Assembly: GCA_037447605.1 (NCBI GenBank)
Contig: CM074811.1
Span: 2,294,001 to 2,358,000, forward strand
DNA: 64,000 nucleotides
Direction of reading: 5' to 3'
Source of the DNA: Zygnema circumcarinatum SAG 698-1b
Taxonomy: Eukaryota; Plantae; Zygnematophyceae
The position numbers and the translations under genes were made by a program. Under the pieces are notes generated by a model that was not told the origin of the DNA, did not search any database, and saw only the letters and a program-made list of their open reading frames with translations. Position 1 is the stretch's first letter; each line of letters begins with the position of its first letter. Of this stretch, positions 47,401 to 59,576 are shown piece by piece.

Positions 47401-49634
47401 CAACAGCAGATTGAAAGGAGTCAACATATCGATGGGCATGGTTATCAGCACCTTCAGAACGGCTGTAATGTTGTCTGCTTTTTTCCGTCGCCCTGTCACC
47501 TACCCCCACACAAACCTATCCTTACAATAAACGGACTAGATGTTGCGGGGACAGGGTGGATAGGAGAACTCTAATTATAAAAATGAAGAAAATAAAACAG
47601 CCCTACTAGATTAAGGTATCAATCGCGTAGAACAATTCCAGAACCTTCTGTGAGCCTGTAGGATAGTAGCAGAGGTCCATCAAACACCGAACACCCTCTT
47701 CAGGAGGATGGGAGAAAACTAATAGGAAGAAAGTGAAAGATCAAAAGTAGTTGAGAGCTTATAAGGGCCGAAATATTGTGAGCAGCCAGTGACATTACCT
47801 TCTGTGAGAAGGAGACATCAATATATGTCAGAAAAGTCGTAGCATGCATCCAGATATTTATCTGCGCGAACCGACGACAGCTCCAACAAATGGTCACATG
47901 CCATCATTTGACTCCGTGGGGGGTCCAAAGCAAGAGATTACCATTGTATCTCCTACAGCTTACACAGCCAGTGTAACACTCCACAATTCAAAATGAAAAA
48001 GGTATTGTCAAGTGATGTATGCTTAATGAACCATACATCCACCAGCAGCATTAAACTGAAGAGAGCTGACTTTTGCGAAACATCTGAAGAAATTTTACAG
48101 GCTTAAAAGATGATATTTCGTGCAAATAATTTGAGTCCTGCAAGTCAAATGAATATAAAGCCCAACAAGAAGTCAACTGATCAAGAGACCCTGTATGCAC
48201 AAAAAAAAGTGCTGAACTATGATTACCCATATGAAATTGAGACTACTTTATAAAGCCAGCTGTTCTAGAATGAGTCATGTCCAGGACAAAAACATTACTT
48301 CATCTCTCTAAAAAGCCTTTTGACTCGCCGAACAGTGCTGAAGGTGTGGTTTGCAATGAAGGACGTACTAAGATTCAAGGTACTTCAGAAAACGATTGCT
48401 CCCATGCTCATGAGGCCAAGTTTCACTAGAGCTGGACTTGCCAAAGAATGGCTCAATCTATCCGCTGCTCCATGGAAGGCCTAATTGACTGATTTGCTCT
48501 AAGACAGCACCTTAGGGTATCAGTATGCACGCGAGCACCTGCAGGTCCTTGTAGCCGTAAATCTTCTCATCCTCTCCAAAATGCTGGTGAGTGTACTCTG
48601 GATGAAATCCTTCCGCTGTCTCCATTTCTTCTGCTGTGCGGACTGAAGGCACCCACAAGCGGAAACTTGTGATTTGTTTGGAAGAAAATTCGAGCAATAC
48701 CTGTAAGCTGCAGCTCTACGTTTCAAACCCTATTCGGTAGACACGCTATCGCGTTGCAAACCTATTACTGTAATCACCTTTACTTGTACACGCTTGAGCT
48801 TGGAAATGCAACCTGCACAAGTTTCGTCACGGCATCACCTCTAATCTTTTGAACATGCAAATTGTGACTTCGCCGATGGCAGAAAAACTTTCATCAATAC
48901 CCAATAATAAGAACGCGTCAAACAGAGTCCAGCTACACTTTTAACGTTAAGCAAGGCGGAGTCTGTAATATTTAGTGTAGAACGCATACAACCGAAGGGT
49001 GAAAAAAAAAAAAGTGATTCAAGGAAAACCAACATTCACTTGTCTCGTGAGAAGCTAATGCTTGAACCAAAAAGTGGCATTCACGCTTTCGTGTTTCATT
49101 AACAACGTACCCAAGTGAATGCTGATACAGTCCCGAGCAGAAGCTTCAAACTCCCCCAAATTGGGTTTCCGTGGAGACGTATCTTCTCGCTCCTCAACAA
49201 TTGGCTCCATGTTAGAGGCACGCCCATCTGAAACAAGCACAAGGTCCGTATGAACAGCCGCTGAAATTTGAGAAAAATGGTAAGAACAGTTCAACGACGA
49301 AAATAATATGCGATATAAAAACTCGAGCAATAAACCTGTTCTGGCGAGCAATAGCGTGTTTCGGTTTCAAATTTAGATTATTTGCCCCATTATGTATCCT
49401 TTTCAAAAAAACGCTTTGAGGATTTTCAATGTGATTCTAAAGGTATATGCAACAAAAACACCGCTTGTTTTGAGGCTTCAAATTGCCTTCAGCTGTTCCA
49501 AATGCAGTGAACAGGTCCATAGATAACAAGAGGCGCCTCAAAACAGTGCAGAACATCAAACGAAAGTACAAGCGAATGCAATGGACACCACCTGCTGGCA
49601 ACTTGCGGCGCTTCGCAGGGACGGAGTCCGCCAT
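44468..49634 (-). CDS. HAT1: Histone acetyltransferase type B catalytic subunit (HAT1/HAG2), ~601 aa. Exons: 49634-49592, 49260-49111, 48642-48539, 47861-47799, 47499-47452, 47184-47102, 46556-46442, 46160-46079, 45844-45690, 45430-44468
   Basis: [93 protein letters not shown] and LKMSKKQALRCWE; 1806 nt in frame. Confidence 0.92.
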
Positions 49635-49687
49635 GGCTGCCCCTCCCTCCCTCTGCAGCAGGCAGGCAGGAGGGTTTGAGGGGCGAG

Positions 49688-49699
49688 TTTTGGCGGGAA
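49688..49699. promoter_or_regulatory. E2F-binding site TTTTGGCGGGAA about 55 bp upstream of the HAT1 ATG
   Basis: Matches TTTSSCGS on + and TTCCCGCC on -, as expected for an S-phase chromatin gene. Confidence 0.55.
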
Positions 49700-50285
49700 T
49701 GCGAGCCTCGCTCGATAAAGTGAATATTACTTTAGCAGATGGTCCGGACAGTACGGTGTGGTCTGTTCTGGACCGCCCCATCGCGCCTTGTGGAACATAG
49801 ATTTCATGGTCAATGTTGATGTTCCAACTCGCTTGTCGTTTTGTCGCTGTCGTTGTTGTTGTTGTTGTTGCGAGCGACTGCAAGTTGAAGTGTTGACCTT
49901 ATGGCGGCGACGCCAAGGATGTACACAGAAACGAGCCGATACCCGTATGTAGAAGCGAAATGACATATGACCAAAAGACTAAGGACTGCCTAGGGTATGT
50001 TGACGCCCCATGCTGTTGTTCAAGCCCCCACACCATCAGTTTTTTTCAACCCAGGTTTAGCAGGATGAAAAAAAACACTCAAACGTTAATCAAACGACTC
50101 CTTTCTGGCGTAGAACTCGGCGTAAAGCCGCTCTGCTTGAGCCGACTACGAGCTGGGAGCGAATGCATTCTACTTTCTCCCCCGCGTTCCCTGTCGCCCT
50201 CGCCCTCTGCCCTCTTTTTGTTTCCCCGTCTCCCACTCTATTCCCCTCCTCTCCCTCCTCACTGTCCCCACTTCCCTCCCTACCG

Positions 50286-50650
50286 ATCTGCGAGGACAAG
50301 GGCAGTGCCTGCCCTGTGTGGGAGGACGTGGAGGGCATGGAGGGGGCCCTTGTGGTGAATTTGGGGGACATGCTCGAGCGCTGGAGCAACGGACTGTTCC
50401 GCTCCACGCTCCAACCAGAAAGCTATTCCGTTCCGTTTTACTTTGAGCCCAACTTTGACTGCGTCGTCGAATGCCTCCCGAGGTGTTGCGACGACAAAAC
50501 TCCTCCCAAGTATCAACGCGATCTCATGCCTTCTTTGTACAATGTGGTTAGCGTCGTGGGTGTATGGCCTGTCCTTCGTGTGGACGCGATGGTCATGAGG
50601 CTCATGGCTGGTCAATGTTCTAGTAAGTGCCCATTGACGTTCACAACCTA
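50286..50650 (+). pseudogene. 3' fragment of a 2OG-Fe(II) dioxygenase (outer copy), inactivated
   Basis: ICEDKGSACPVWEDVEGMEGALVVNLGDMLERWSNGLFRSTLQPESYSVPFYFEPNFDC. The HRV iron-ligand segment is deleted, the acceptor reads taccg versus tacag at 59298, and no upstream exons were found. Confidence 0.8.
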
Positions 50651-51505
50651 ATGTAGGTCATAAAAGGGGCAATTTTTTCATAATGTATTGTTGCTGTGCT
50701 GTGGCTCTAGCATCCTTCTCAATGTCCTTACTGCTCCTTTCCTTGGCCTGCAGATGGCCTCCTACCACCAGCGGGCAGCAACTGCTCAACATGTACCCTG
50801 CGACTCACACAGGATTTCATGGGCCAGAGGAAGAGACATAGGCACATAGGCATGGGCGGTTTCGGGGCAGAGGCGGCTAACCAATCAGTAAGAAAAAAAA
50901 TCTGACACTCGAGTGTGTATTTGAACTATTCACCCTTCAGATGCGATCAGAAGCTGACAGCTTTTCAAAATCTGAAGGGTGCTCAGACCCCCCTCTGAAC
51001 AGAGGAACGAGGGATGACATGATTGCGAGGTGTACGTTATTGTGAGTTTAACAACACCCACATGCTTTGACGGATTTCTCGACAACCACAAGATGTCGAC
51101 TTGTCGGCAAGTGCCGCTTCTTGTTTCCATGTACAATGTCGTGCACAAACGTCGGCATGTAAAAATGTAGGGGGTGTGCGCGCGTTCTTCATAAGGGCAA
51201 ACCTGAACTTGAGCCCCTCAGAACACTCGACATGCTCTCCTTTCCCATCAACTCTATTCAGACCTTCAGCAATTTACAAAAGCTGCCACCCCCCTCCCCA
51301 CTGAAAAAAGGAGCAAATATAACTTAACCCTACGCCCCAAAACTCATCCTTTTGTCCGTCCATCCGTCCATCGATCCATCCATCCCCCCTTATTGCCCAT
51401 CTCTAACAAAAACTTGAGCCCAAGTCTGCCTTGCTGTTAAAACAACACCGTCAACAAGAACTTGCGCCAACATGGGTCGCATGCCCCCTCCCTCCCTCGC
51501 CCGTC

Positions 51506-51945
51506 CTAGCACGTCGCCGAGTACACCCCTTTTCTCACTTTGACCTTGCAGCCGATCCTTGTGACCAGGCCCTGCAGGGGGTACGCGGGCCCCGTCAGGA
51601 CCGTGGACAGCGCCGGACAGCCGTTGACGTACGCGCCGGAAAGCGTCGCCACGACGTTGGTCCCGTCGTACGGACCGACCGTCGGGCCGCCGCTCATGCC
51701 GCCCTCGACCGAGACGTCCTGGCACAGTATGGAGCTGGAGAACTGGTTGCAACCGAGAGTGACGGCTTTTGACGTCACATCGTACACGAGGCTGACGCCA
51801 TCGTTCGTAACAGCGGGGTACCCAAAATTGGCGCGTGGGTCGGAGCCATTCGGAGCGCTCCACGTGTACGTCTGTCCAGGGAGGGCGCTCTTGAGCTTGA
51901 CGACCGCGAGATCTGAGCCGTTCAAAAGCGTGCTCTGCCACGACG
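51506..51945 (-). CDS. 3' part of a further copy of the active serine protease (B'), cut by the assembly gap at 51946-51955
   Basis: Identical by eye to 60511-60950, including GSDLAVVKL and GGMSGGP. Confidence 0.8.
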
Positions 51946-51955
51946 NNNNNNNNNN

Positions 51956-53435
51956 GTCGAATGCCTCCCGAGGTGTTGCGACGACAAAACTCCTCCCAAG
52001 TATCAACGCGATCTCATGCCTTCTTTGTACAATGTGGTTAGCGTCGTGGGTGTATGGCCTGTCCTTCGTGTGGACGCGATGGTCATGAGGCTCATGGCTG
52101 GTCAATGTTCTAGTAAGTGCCCATTGACGTTCACAACCTAATGTAGGTCATAAAAGGGGCAATTTTTTCATAATGTATTGTTGCTGTGCTGTGGCTCTAG
52201 CATCCTTCTCAATGTCCTTACTGCTCCTTTCCTTGGCCTGCAGATGGCCTCCTACCACCAGCGGGCAGCAACTGCTCAACATGTACCCTGCGACTCACAC
52301 AGGATTTCATGGGCCAGAGGAAGAGACATAGGCACATAGGCATGGGCGGTTTCGGGGCAGAGGCGGCTAACCAATCAGTAAGAAAAAAAATCTGACACTC
52401 GAGTGTGTATTTGAACTATTCACCCTTCAGATGCGATCAGAAGCTGACAGCTTTTCAAAATCTGAAGGGTGCTCAGACCCCCCTCTGAACAGAGGAACGA
52501 GGGATGACATGATTGCGAGGTGTACGTTATTGTGAGTTTAACAACACCCACATGCTTTGACGGATTTCTCGACAACCACAAGATGTCGACTTGTCGGCAA
52601 GTGCCGCTTCTTGTTTCCATGTACAATGTCGTGCACAAACGTCGGCATGTAAAAATGTAGGGGGTGTGCGCGCGTTCTTCATAAGGGCAAACCTGAACTT
52701 GAGCCCCTCAGAACACTCGACATGCTCTCCTTTCCCATCAACTCTATTCAGACCTTCAGCAATTTACAAAAGCTGCCACCCCCCTCCCCACTGAAAAAAG
52801 GAGCAAATATAACTTAACCCTACGCCCCAAAACTCATCCTTTTGTCCGTCCATCCGTCCATCGATCCATCCATCCCCCCTTATTGCCCATCTCTAACAAA
52901 AACTTGAGCCCAAGTCTGCCTTGCTGTTAAAACAACACCGTCAACAAGAACTTGCGCCAACATGGGTCGCATGCCCCCTCCCTCCCTCGCCCGTCCTAGC
53001 ACGTCGCCGAGTACACCCCTTTTCTCACTTTGACCTTGCAGCCGATCCTTGTGACCAGGCCCTGCAGGGGGTACGCGGGCCCCGTCAGGACCGTGGACAG
53101 CGCCGGACAGCCGTTGACGTACGCGCCGGAAAGCGTCGCCACGACGTTGGTCCCGTCGTACGGACCGACCGTCGGGCCGCCGCTCATGCCGCCCTCGACC
53201 GAGACGTCCTGGCACAGTATGGAGCTGGAGAACTGGTTGCAACCGAGAGTGACGGCTTTTGACGTCACATCGTACACGAGGCTGACGCCATCGTTCGTAA
53301 CAGCGGGGTACCCAAAATTGGCGCGTGGGTCGGAGCCATTCGGAGCGCTCCACGTGTACGTCTGTCCAGGGAGGGCGCTCTTGAGCTTGACGACCGCGAG
53401 ATCTGAGCCGTTCAAAAGCGTGCTCTGCCACGACG
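51956..53435. repeat. Exact 1480-bp copy of 50466-51945 between two 10-N gaps (51946-51955, 53436-53445); probable assembly artefact
   Basis: Constant offset of 1490, identical ORF translations, and both copies end at the same base before the N runs. Confidence 0.85.
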
Positions 53436-53597
53436 NNNNNNNNNNAAGAGAGGGAGGAGAGGGAGGGGCGGGCGGGCGGGCGGGTGAGAGCGCGAGAGAG
53501 GGATGTGAGGGAGTGGGAGTGGGAGCTGACAAGTGCCAGTTCCGTAGAGAGTGCCTCTTAACCTTGGAAAGTGGAAACGCAAACACATGAGCAGGCC

Positions 53598-54620
53598 GTA
53601 CGACACCGACGAAATCTTGTACGTACGAGAAGGCGAAATTCGTGACGGCGAAATTTGACCACAAAATGACAGATTGGAATCTTTTGGCGGTTGAAAATTG
53701 CCGGAGGGTCATCGGCCGACAAACAAGCAAACGACGAACAAAGCTTTCAAGATTCGGATCTTGACCTTCGCAACCGGTCCCTAATTGTACCGCCAGAGGA
53801 CAAAGTGTTGTACGGACGATGTCGGCGTCTTGTCCGCGTCAACGCCATTCAAAGCGTCAGTCTGTGGCGTGCAATGGTGACGCGTGGCCAGCATTTTGGA
53901 CCGTGCGTTAGGCTTTTTGGCTTTCCCTAAAATCGACTAGAGTAGCGGACGTCGATTAAACCTCCCCCGAAATTTCGACATGAAAGGTACTCTTTCAGGA
54001 GCACTCTCCCATTCTTTGGGCGTCCGCTAAGCGGCAGTCCGGCCTCGGGGGGATGCGGCGTTGGTCCCAAGGCGCCGATGGCCATGAGAGCGCAGGGCCT
54101 TGTAGGAGAATTCCAATTGAAATTTCTAAAAATGGTCAGGCCGTCTTATAGAAACACTTTTAGAATGGCCGGACAATTGTACGCATGTACGGACATAAGG
54201 CGTAACTGTACGACCAGTGCGAGCGCAAATCAAGTTGAAATTCATTGGTCGTACGGTCATGTGAAAAGTGTTCTATAACTCTGAAACTTTTAGGCATTAG
54301 AACGTTCTAATTCTGAAATCTAAAACTTTGAAAGCAGCTTGTACGGAAAAATGTAAGTTGTTAGTCCGTACACGTCCTTGGCCTGTACCGCACCAACCAG
54401 TGCTGCGCATCGATTATGTCCGCACACGCCAAACTTGTCGTGCAGGCTTCGTAAAGACATGCATATGTGTCGATTTACAAGGCCCAGGTAGTGTTCGTAC
54501 CGTTCCGTACGCTTCTTTTCTTTGCTTTTCTTGTCCTTTCGTGAACAGCAAGGAAATGTACAAAACCATACTGCAAAGTACGGACAAGCTTTGATCGGCG
54601 GCGGCTCGATCCTATAAAGT
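53598..54620. promoter_or_regulatory. Divergent promoter of the protease pair: GTAC-rich, with a TATA box (CCTATAAAG, ~54611-54619) before protease A
   Basis: 17 GTAC cores counted in about 1 kb; the TATA lies about 120 bp upstream of ATG 54737. The same sequence occurs at 62468-63490 between protease B and A'. Confidence 0.6.
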
Positions 54621-54736
54621 GAGCGTCGTGTCGAGGTCCAAGCAACGCGCTCCGCTTCCCATCCTCCTCCCTCTCGCTCTATCTTTCTATCTCGCTCTCG
54701 CTCTCTGTCTCTCTCTCGCGTCTCTCCGCAGCAGCC

Positions 54737-55705
54737 ATGGCCGTCCTCCTCACCCTCCTGCCCCTCCTCCTTGCGGCCCTGCTTCCTGCGGCAGCGGCGG
54801 GCTCTCTTCCAACCGTCACAGTGGCCGCCTCGAAGGACGTTTCTCTTTCTGCCAAAGCTATAGGTCAATTGTCCCTCTCGGGCAACATGTCCCTCCCCCT
54901 CGCCGTCAGCAAGGGCGGCGTGGCTCCCAAGGGCTTCCTCACCTGCAACACGGGCTCCCCTCCATGGCCGGCCTCCCTCGTCGTGCCGGGCTTCGAGGAG
55001 ACCGGCCTCGCCTCCGGCGTGGTTCTGCTCTACTTCACATTCGCCTCCACCGGCCGCACATTCCGCGCCTGCTCGGGGACTCTTATTGCGCCTACTCTCG
55101 TGGCTACCGCCGCTTCGTGCGTCTATGACACGGACGTGAACGTGTGGCAGATCAACTCAACCGTCACCGTGACCGCATTCACAAGGAGGAACGGAGTGAG
55201 CGATGCCTCCTACTCCACCGCCTTCGTCTCCACCGCTTCGATCTTCAATGGCTTCGTCAACGCGGCCTCGTTTGTGAAAACACTCCTTGACGGCAGCGAC
55301 ATCGCCGTTGTGAAGCTGAGTTCGCCCCTCATCGGACAAGCCTTCCAGTGGACCAGCGCCGTGCCAGCCCCATTTCCGCGCGCTGCTTTTGGGTATCCCG
55401 CCCAGACAGTCGACGGCAAGAGCATCGTCTACGACGTGACGGTGCTGGCCCTCTCGCGCGGCTGCCAGGGCTACTCCGCGAACGTTCTGTGCGAGGACTT
55501 GTCGGTGGAGGGCGGGATGGGAGGCGGCCCTCTCGTCACTCTGACCCCCAGTCTGCTCGCTGTGGGGCTGCTGTCCGCCGCTGCCACGTCCAGCTGTCCG
55601 GCGTACTTCACTGCTCTTGTGGGGACCTACTCGTTGGAGGTGCTCGCTCGCAGTGTGGGGTGCAATGTGTTCAACAACAACGGCATCTTCTCCGCTTTGT
55701 GCTGA
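54737..55705 (+). CDS. Secreted trypsin-fold (clan PA/S1) serine protease homologue, catalytically dead (protein A), 322 aa, intronless
   Basis: Signal peptide MAVLLTLLPLLLAALLPAAAA. CSGTLIAPTLVATAASC has His->Ser, GSDIAVVKL keeps the Asp, and EGGMGGGP has Ser->Gly. FGYP motif and 8 Cys are shared with protein B. Confidence 0.85.
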   Translation: MAVLLTLLPLLLAALLPAAAAGSLPTVTVAASKDVSLSAKAIGQLSLSGNMSLPLAVSKGGVAPKGFLTCNTGSPPWPASLVVPGFEETGLASGVVLLYFTFASTGRTFRACSGTLIAPTLVATAASCVYDTDVNVWQINSTVTVTAFTRRNGVSDASYSTAFVSTASIFNGFVNAASFVKTLLDGSDIAVVKLSSPLIGQAFQWTSAVPAPFPRAAFGYPAQTVDGKSIVYDVTVLALSRGCQGYSANVLCEDLSVEGGMGGGPLVTLTPSLLAVGLLSAAATSSCPAYFTALVGTYSLEVLARSVGCNVFNNNGIFSALC

Positions 55706-56479
55706 GCGTCGGGCGATGTGTGGACAGCACGCGTGCAACGTTTTTGCGCCCTTGGTCTCGAGTGTTTTGAACTCTTAAGAGGCTAAGAGTGGAAGTTATG
55801 CGGTGTGCTGTTTCTCGGAGTGGGTGGACTTGCAAATACGATTTGTCGACTTTCTATCAAAGATAGAAAGCCGGGACTAGTGGGTAATATTAGGTACTTG
55901 CAGGGGAACTTGGTGATTAGGAAATAGGCAATGCTGGTATCTCGGCAATAAATTTGTATGTGTATTTGGGTTTAGGAGAGACTTTTGGGCATTACTTGTC
56001 GGATCTCTTCTCTGATGAAAAGAAAAGTCAGTTTACCCTGTGACATTTGGAATGCGAGCTGCTGGAGGGTTTCCATTGATGCTATTTTGGAATCAAGTCA
56101 CTTCGTTTACCTGTTAATCCGATTCAACGATGGGTGACCGTGACACATGCATGTGCATTCACTTATTTTCATCCAATGGGAGTGTCAGCAATCTTGAGAG
56201 CAGCGCTTCTCAGCCTCTCTCAATGTCACGGGCGTCGGAGCTCAAATGCGCGGCTCAAGCGAGGCCGCCGAGCGATGCAGCGCTTGCCAAAATGGCCCAG
56301 AATCTCTAATCGCAAGAATCGGACGGCCCAGATTGGTCGGGCGGCGTCGCCATGCAGCGCATGTCCGTGTGACCGTGAAACTGTCGTCGCAGTGCCAATT
56401 CACGCGCCTCCGTTTCCCTGAACTCGCGGACATTCCGTACAGCCCCTCCTGTTCGTACAATCCTACCCGTAGGGCCGTG

Positions 56480-56513
56480 GCCCGTAGCCCGTAGCCCGTA
56501 GCCCGTAGCCCGT
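56480..56513 (+). repeat. (GCCCGTA)n heptamer tandem, about 5 units
   Basis: Direct read. Confidence 0.85.
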
Positions 56514-56579
56514 CCTCCATCGCAAAGAATCGTAAACCCGAAATTGGAAATGCCCTTAATCCTAACTTTAATCCCGACC

Positions 56580-58810
56580 ATGGCGGCGGAGCGAAGGCGA
56601 AGGCGGCAGGTCCTCCCATGGATGCGCTCTTCGCAGGTCCTGTGCCGCGCATCCATGGCTGCCAGCGCCGCCTGCAGAAGCACCCTCGTCCAAAGCGTCC
56701 GCCGCGCAGTAGCGAGCCATGGCGGCGCGGAGGAGGGCGGCGGAGCTCGCAGGGTTCAGCAAATTAGGGTTCGGGCTGCCCGGGGAGGGGCTGGGCGCCA
56801 CGTGGCCGGCCGCCCTGAACCGCCACCTGTGGTGTGAGGAGGGGCCATTCCGCGATCATGATGATGGGCATGGCTGTGGGGGGGAAGCCATGGGTGCAGA
56901 ACGGGAGAAGGAAGGACTAGCGGGAGGAGGAGGAGGAGAAAACATATGGAACCGCTGTGTTTAATGGAAAGTTGATCCTGGAGGCTTTGAAGGGAGCAGT
57001 GAAAAATCACGGAGGGAAATTTCTCGAAGATGTTCCTCGAACTTTGTCGGGAGGTGGGGAGAGAGACGGAGGAGAGAGGAGAGAGAGGAGAGAGAGGGAA
57101 AGACAAAGAGAGGGGGAGAAGGATGAGGGGGTGATCCAAGATGGAGAAGGGCCATCATATCGGAAAAACTTGGTTGTTGTTCCTCCTGGTCAGGTTGGCA
57201 ACTTCTCGCCCTCCCTGCCTCTCTTTTTCTCTCTCGCTTTGCCTCTGTTCTCTCTCTCAAAAAATTGCTTCTAAGGCCTTAATTGATGTGACGAATTTAA
57301 GACATGCAGCGGGAGATGGGTATAGAAGCAAGGAGGCTGTGAATAGGGAGGTAGAGGAGAGACTGAATGCAGGGTGTGAGAGGAGAGTCGAGTCAGGACA
57401 ATGTTTCCCTGCGAATTTGAATTGGGAGGCTGCGGGAAGAAGAAATGTGAGAGGAGATTTCAAGCTTAGGAAGCTATCGGAGTTGTGTTTGGAGAGAGAG
57501 GAGGCAGAGGAACGAGGGGAGGGAGAGGGGAGTGAAGGGGGAGAGGAGCGAGAAAGAAACGAGGAGGGAGAGGGGAGAAATGAGAACGAGGAGCGAGAGA
57601 AGAGACGGGAGGGAAAGTGGAGACATGAAATAGAGGAGCGAAAGAGACGGGCGGAGGGAGCGGGGAGTGATGAGAGGGAGGAGAGAGAAGAAGAAAAGTG
57701 CAGATGGAAAGGAGATATGGAGCTCAGAAAGAATGATTATGTGGAGGGTGATGAAATAAATGGAGAGAAGTGGGAAGAGTATGTAGGTTTGCAGAATTTT
57801 GAAGAAGAGAATGAAGGAGCAAGGGAGGTGGGAGACTCGGAAGAGGGAGAGAAAAATGAATGTGAGGAGCTGAGTTTTGAAGTTAACGGAGGTCAGTCTG
57901 CATGGAACACGGCGGGCCGCACAACGGATTTCCGTTGGGAGGAGGATGGAGAAGTAAAGCAACATAGAAGTACAGTGAGCGGAGCGACAGCTAGAGTGGC
58001 AGATATTTTACGGCAATTAGATGAAAACATGAGAGAGAGAACAGAGGAGAGAGGGAGAGAGGGAGAGAGGGAGGCGGATGATGACTTTGAAGTGAGAGGA
58101 AGTGAAAGGCTTTCTTGGGACGGGAGATTGAGTGAAAGGGAGGAGAAAGGAAGGAGAGAATGTTCAGTTCCGTAATAGGCAACAACATGCAACGGAGGAG
58201 AAAGCGGCTGACGAGAAGGAGAGAGAGAGACGGTTGGGAGAAGGGAATGAAAGAGACGGAACTGAGGGCATAGTACAGGGGAATGTAAATAATTCGACAA
58301 TTTTGGAAAATGGGGAAGATGATATTGTAGAGCTTCATGAAAGTAGTTTTGTTTGTATTAGTATGGGAAGGGAGCAATTGGGGTATAAAGGGAGTATTTC
58401 AAAAAGGCAGCAATAAAAATGGAACGCCAAAATCTCGTCGATTAATTACAGATTTTTTCCGTTTTCCGCTGGGCGAATGCAGGCAATCAATCGCAGGGAA
58501 AGGGGGGAGGAGGAAGGGAGCGTGTAAACCCTAAGAGTGGGAGATGGAGAGGGACAAGGAGAGGAGATGTTGGAGACGGGGAGGCCACTGGAGAAGAGAG
58601 GGGAGCGGTAGAGGAGGAAAATAGAGATAGAGCTCGAGGTGGGAGTGTGAAGTGGAGAAGGAGAGGGAGAGGGAGTGGGAGAGGGAGAGGGAGGGCGAGA
58701 GCTGCTAGAGGGGGCCAGTCGAGGGATGGAGCGAATCTTTGGGAAATTAGTCCCGGAACCAAGTTTCGAGTGGTAAACCCAAAAACCAGCGAATCGAAAA
58801 CCTTCAAATG
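56580..58810 (+). pseudogene. Degenerate gene with two BRCT-like segments and a long Glu/Arg-rich tail (nibrin/NBS1-like by eye); frameshifts and an in-frame stop
   Basis: Paired motifs LVQSVRRAVASHGG and ILEALKGAVKNHGG, plus IMMMGMAVGGKPWV and NLVVVPPGQ. A phase-consistent intron (57194-57275) leads into the E-rich ORF. TAG at 56918 and several frame changes. Similarity was not computed. Confidence 0.35.
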
Positions 58811-59298
58811 ACCAGTTTTTCAGATTCTAAGAATAAAATCCAATTTCATATATACCTCTATATCTCAATATATCTCATTTTTTATCTTTTGGGGAGACAT
58901 GCTCGAGTGGGAGTGTGATCTGCGTCTTGAGATGTCAGCTTTTGTTTCTGATCTGTTGCTTTTTGTGAACACACTGATTCTAGACTTGGATGGTTGTTTC
59001 TCCCTCGTTTGCCTGTTCCCTCTCTCTCGTCCTCTCCCTCGCGGTCCCCCTCCCTCCCTCCATCTCTCTGGCGCTCCCCTTTCTCTCCCGCTCCCGCTCT
59101 CGTCGCCCTCGCCCTGCCCATTATCTCTCCCCATTTCCCCATCTCCCTCCACACCTTTCCTCTCCCTCTCTTTCTCCTTCTCCCTCGTCCTCGTCCACGT
59201 TTGCTCAATCTCCCTCCATTCCTCCCCCTTTTCGCCCGTCTCCTTCTCTCTTCCCCTCCTCCTCTTCCTCCTCTGTATCCCCACTTCCCTCCCTACAG

Positions 59299-59576
59299 AT
59301 CTGCAAGGACAAGGGCAGTGCCTGCCCTGTGTGGGAGGACGTGGAGGGCATGGAGGGGGACCTTGTGGTGAATTTGGGGGACATGCTCGAGCGTTGGAGC
59401 AACGGCCTGTTTCGTTCAACGCTCCACCGTGTCTGCACACGCGGAACGGAATGGAACGCTATTCCGTTCCGTTTTTCTTTGAGCCCAACTTTGAGTGCGT
59501 CGTCGAATGCCTCCCGACGTGTTGCGACGACAAAAATCCTCCCACGTATCAACGCGTTCTCATGCCTTATTTGTAA
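59299..59576 (+). pseudogene. 3' exon fragment of a 2OG-Fe(II) dioxygenase (inner copy) with a 1-nt frameshift
   Basis: Acceptor ctacag|ICKDKGSACPVWEDVEGMEGDLVVNLGDMLERWSNGLFRSTLHRVCTR, then a frame change near 59441-59446 to NGMERYSVPFFFEPNFECVVECLP. No exons for the N-terminus or HxD motif were found upstream. Confidence 0.75.

Noticed and set aside
41656-49634. Two adjacent GNAT acetyltransferases (NAA20 and HAT1) as a functional cluster
   Set aside because: They belong to distant GNAT families, have unrelated functions and are convergently oriented; adjacency is probably chance.
51956-53435. Apparent perfect 1.48-kb tandem duplication
   Set aside because: It is bounded by 10-N gaps on both sides and base-identical to the preceding contig end, so it is most likely a scaffolding artefact rather than biology.
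51506-53730. ORFs 51506-52105, 51540-52088, 52996-53730 and 53030-53590 that look like fusion proteins
   Set aside because: They are read through N gaps (XXXX) and join unrelated contig ends.
55900-56500. Possible FHA-domain remnants upstream of the BRCT-like region
   Set aside because: The GR and SRxH-like pieces have the wrong spacing and are interrupted by stops; they are not supportable.
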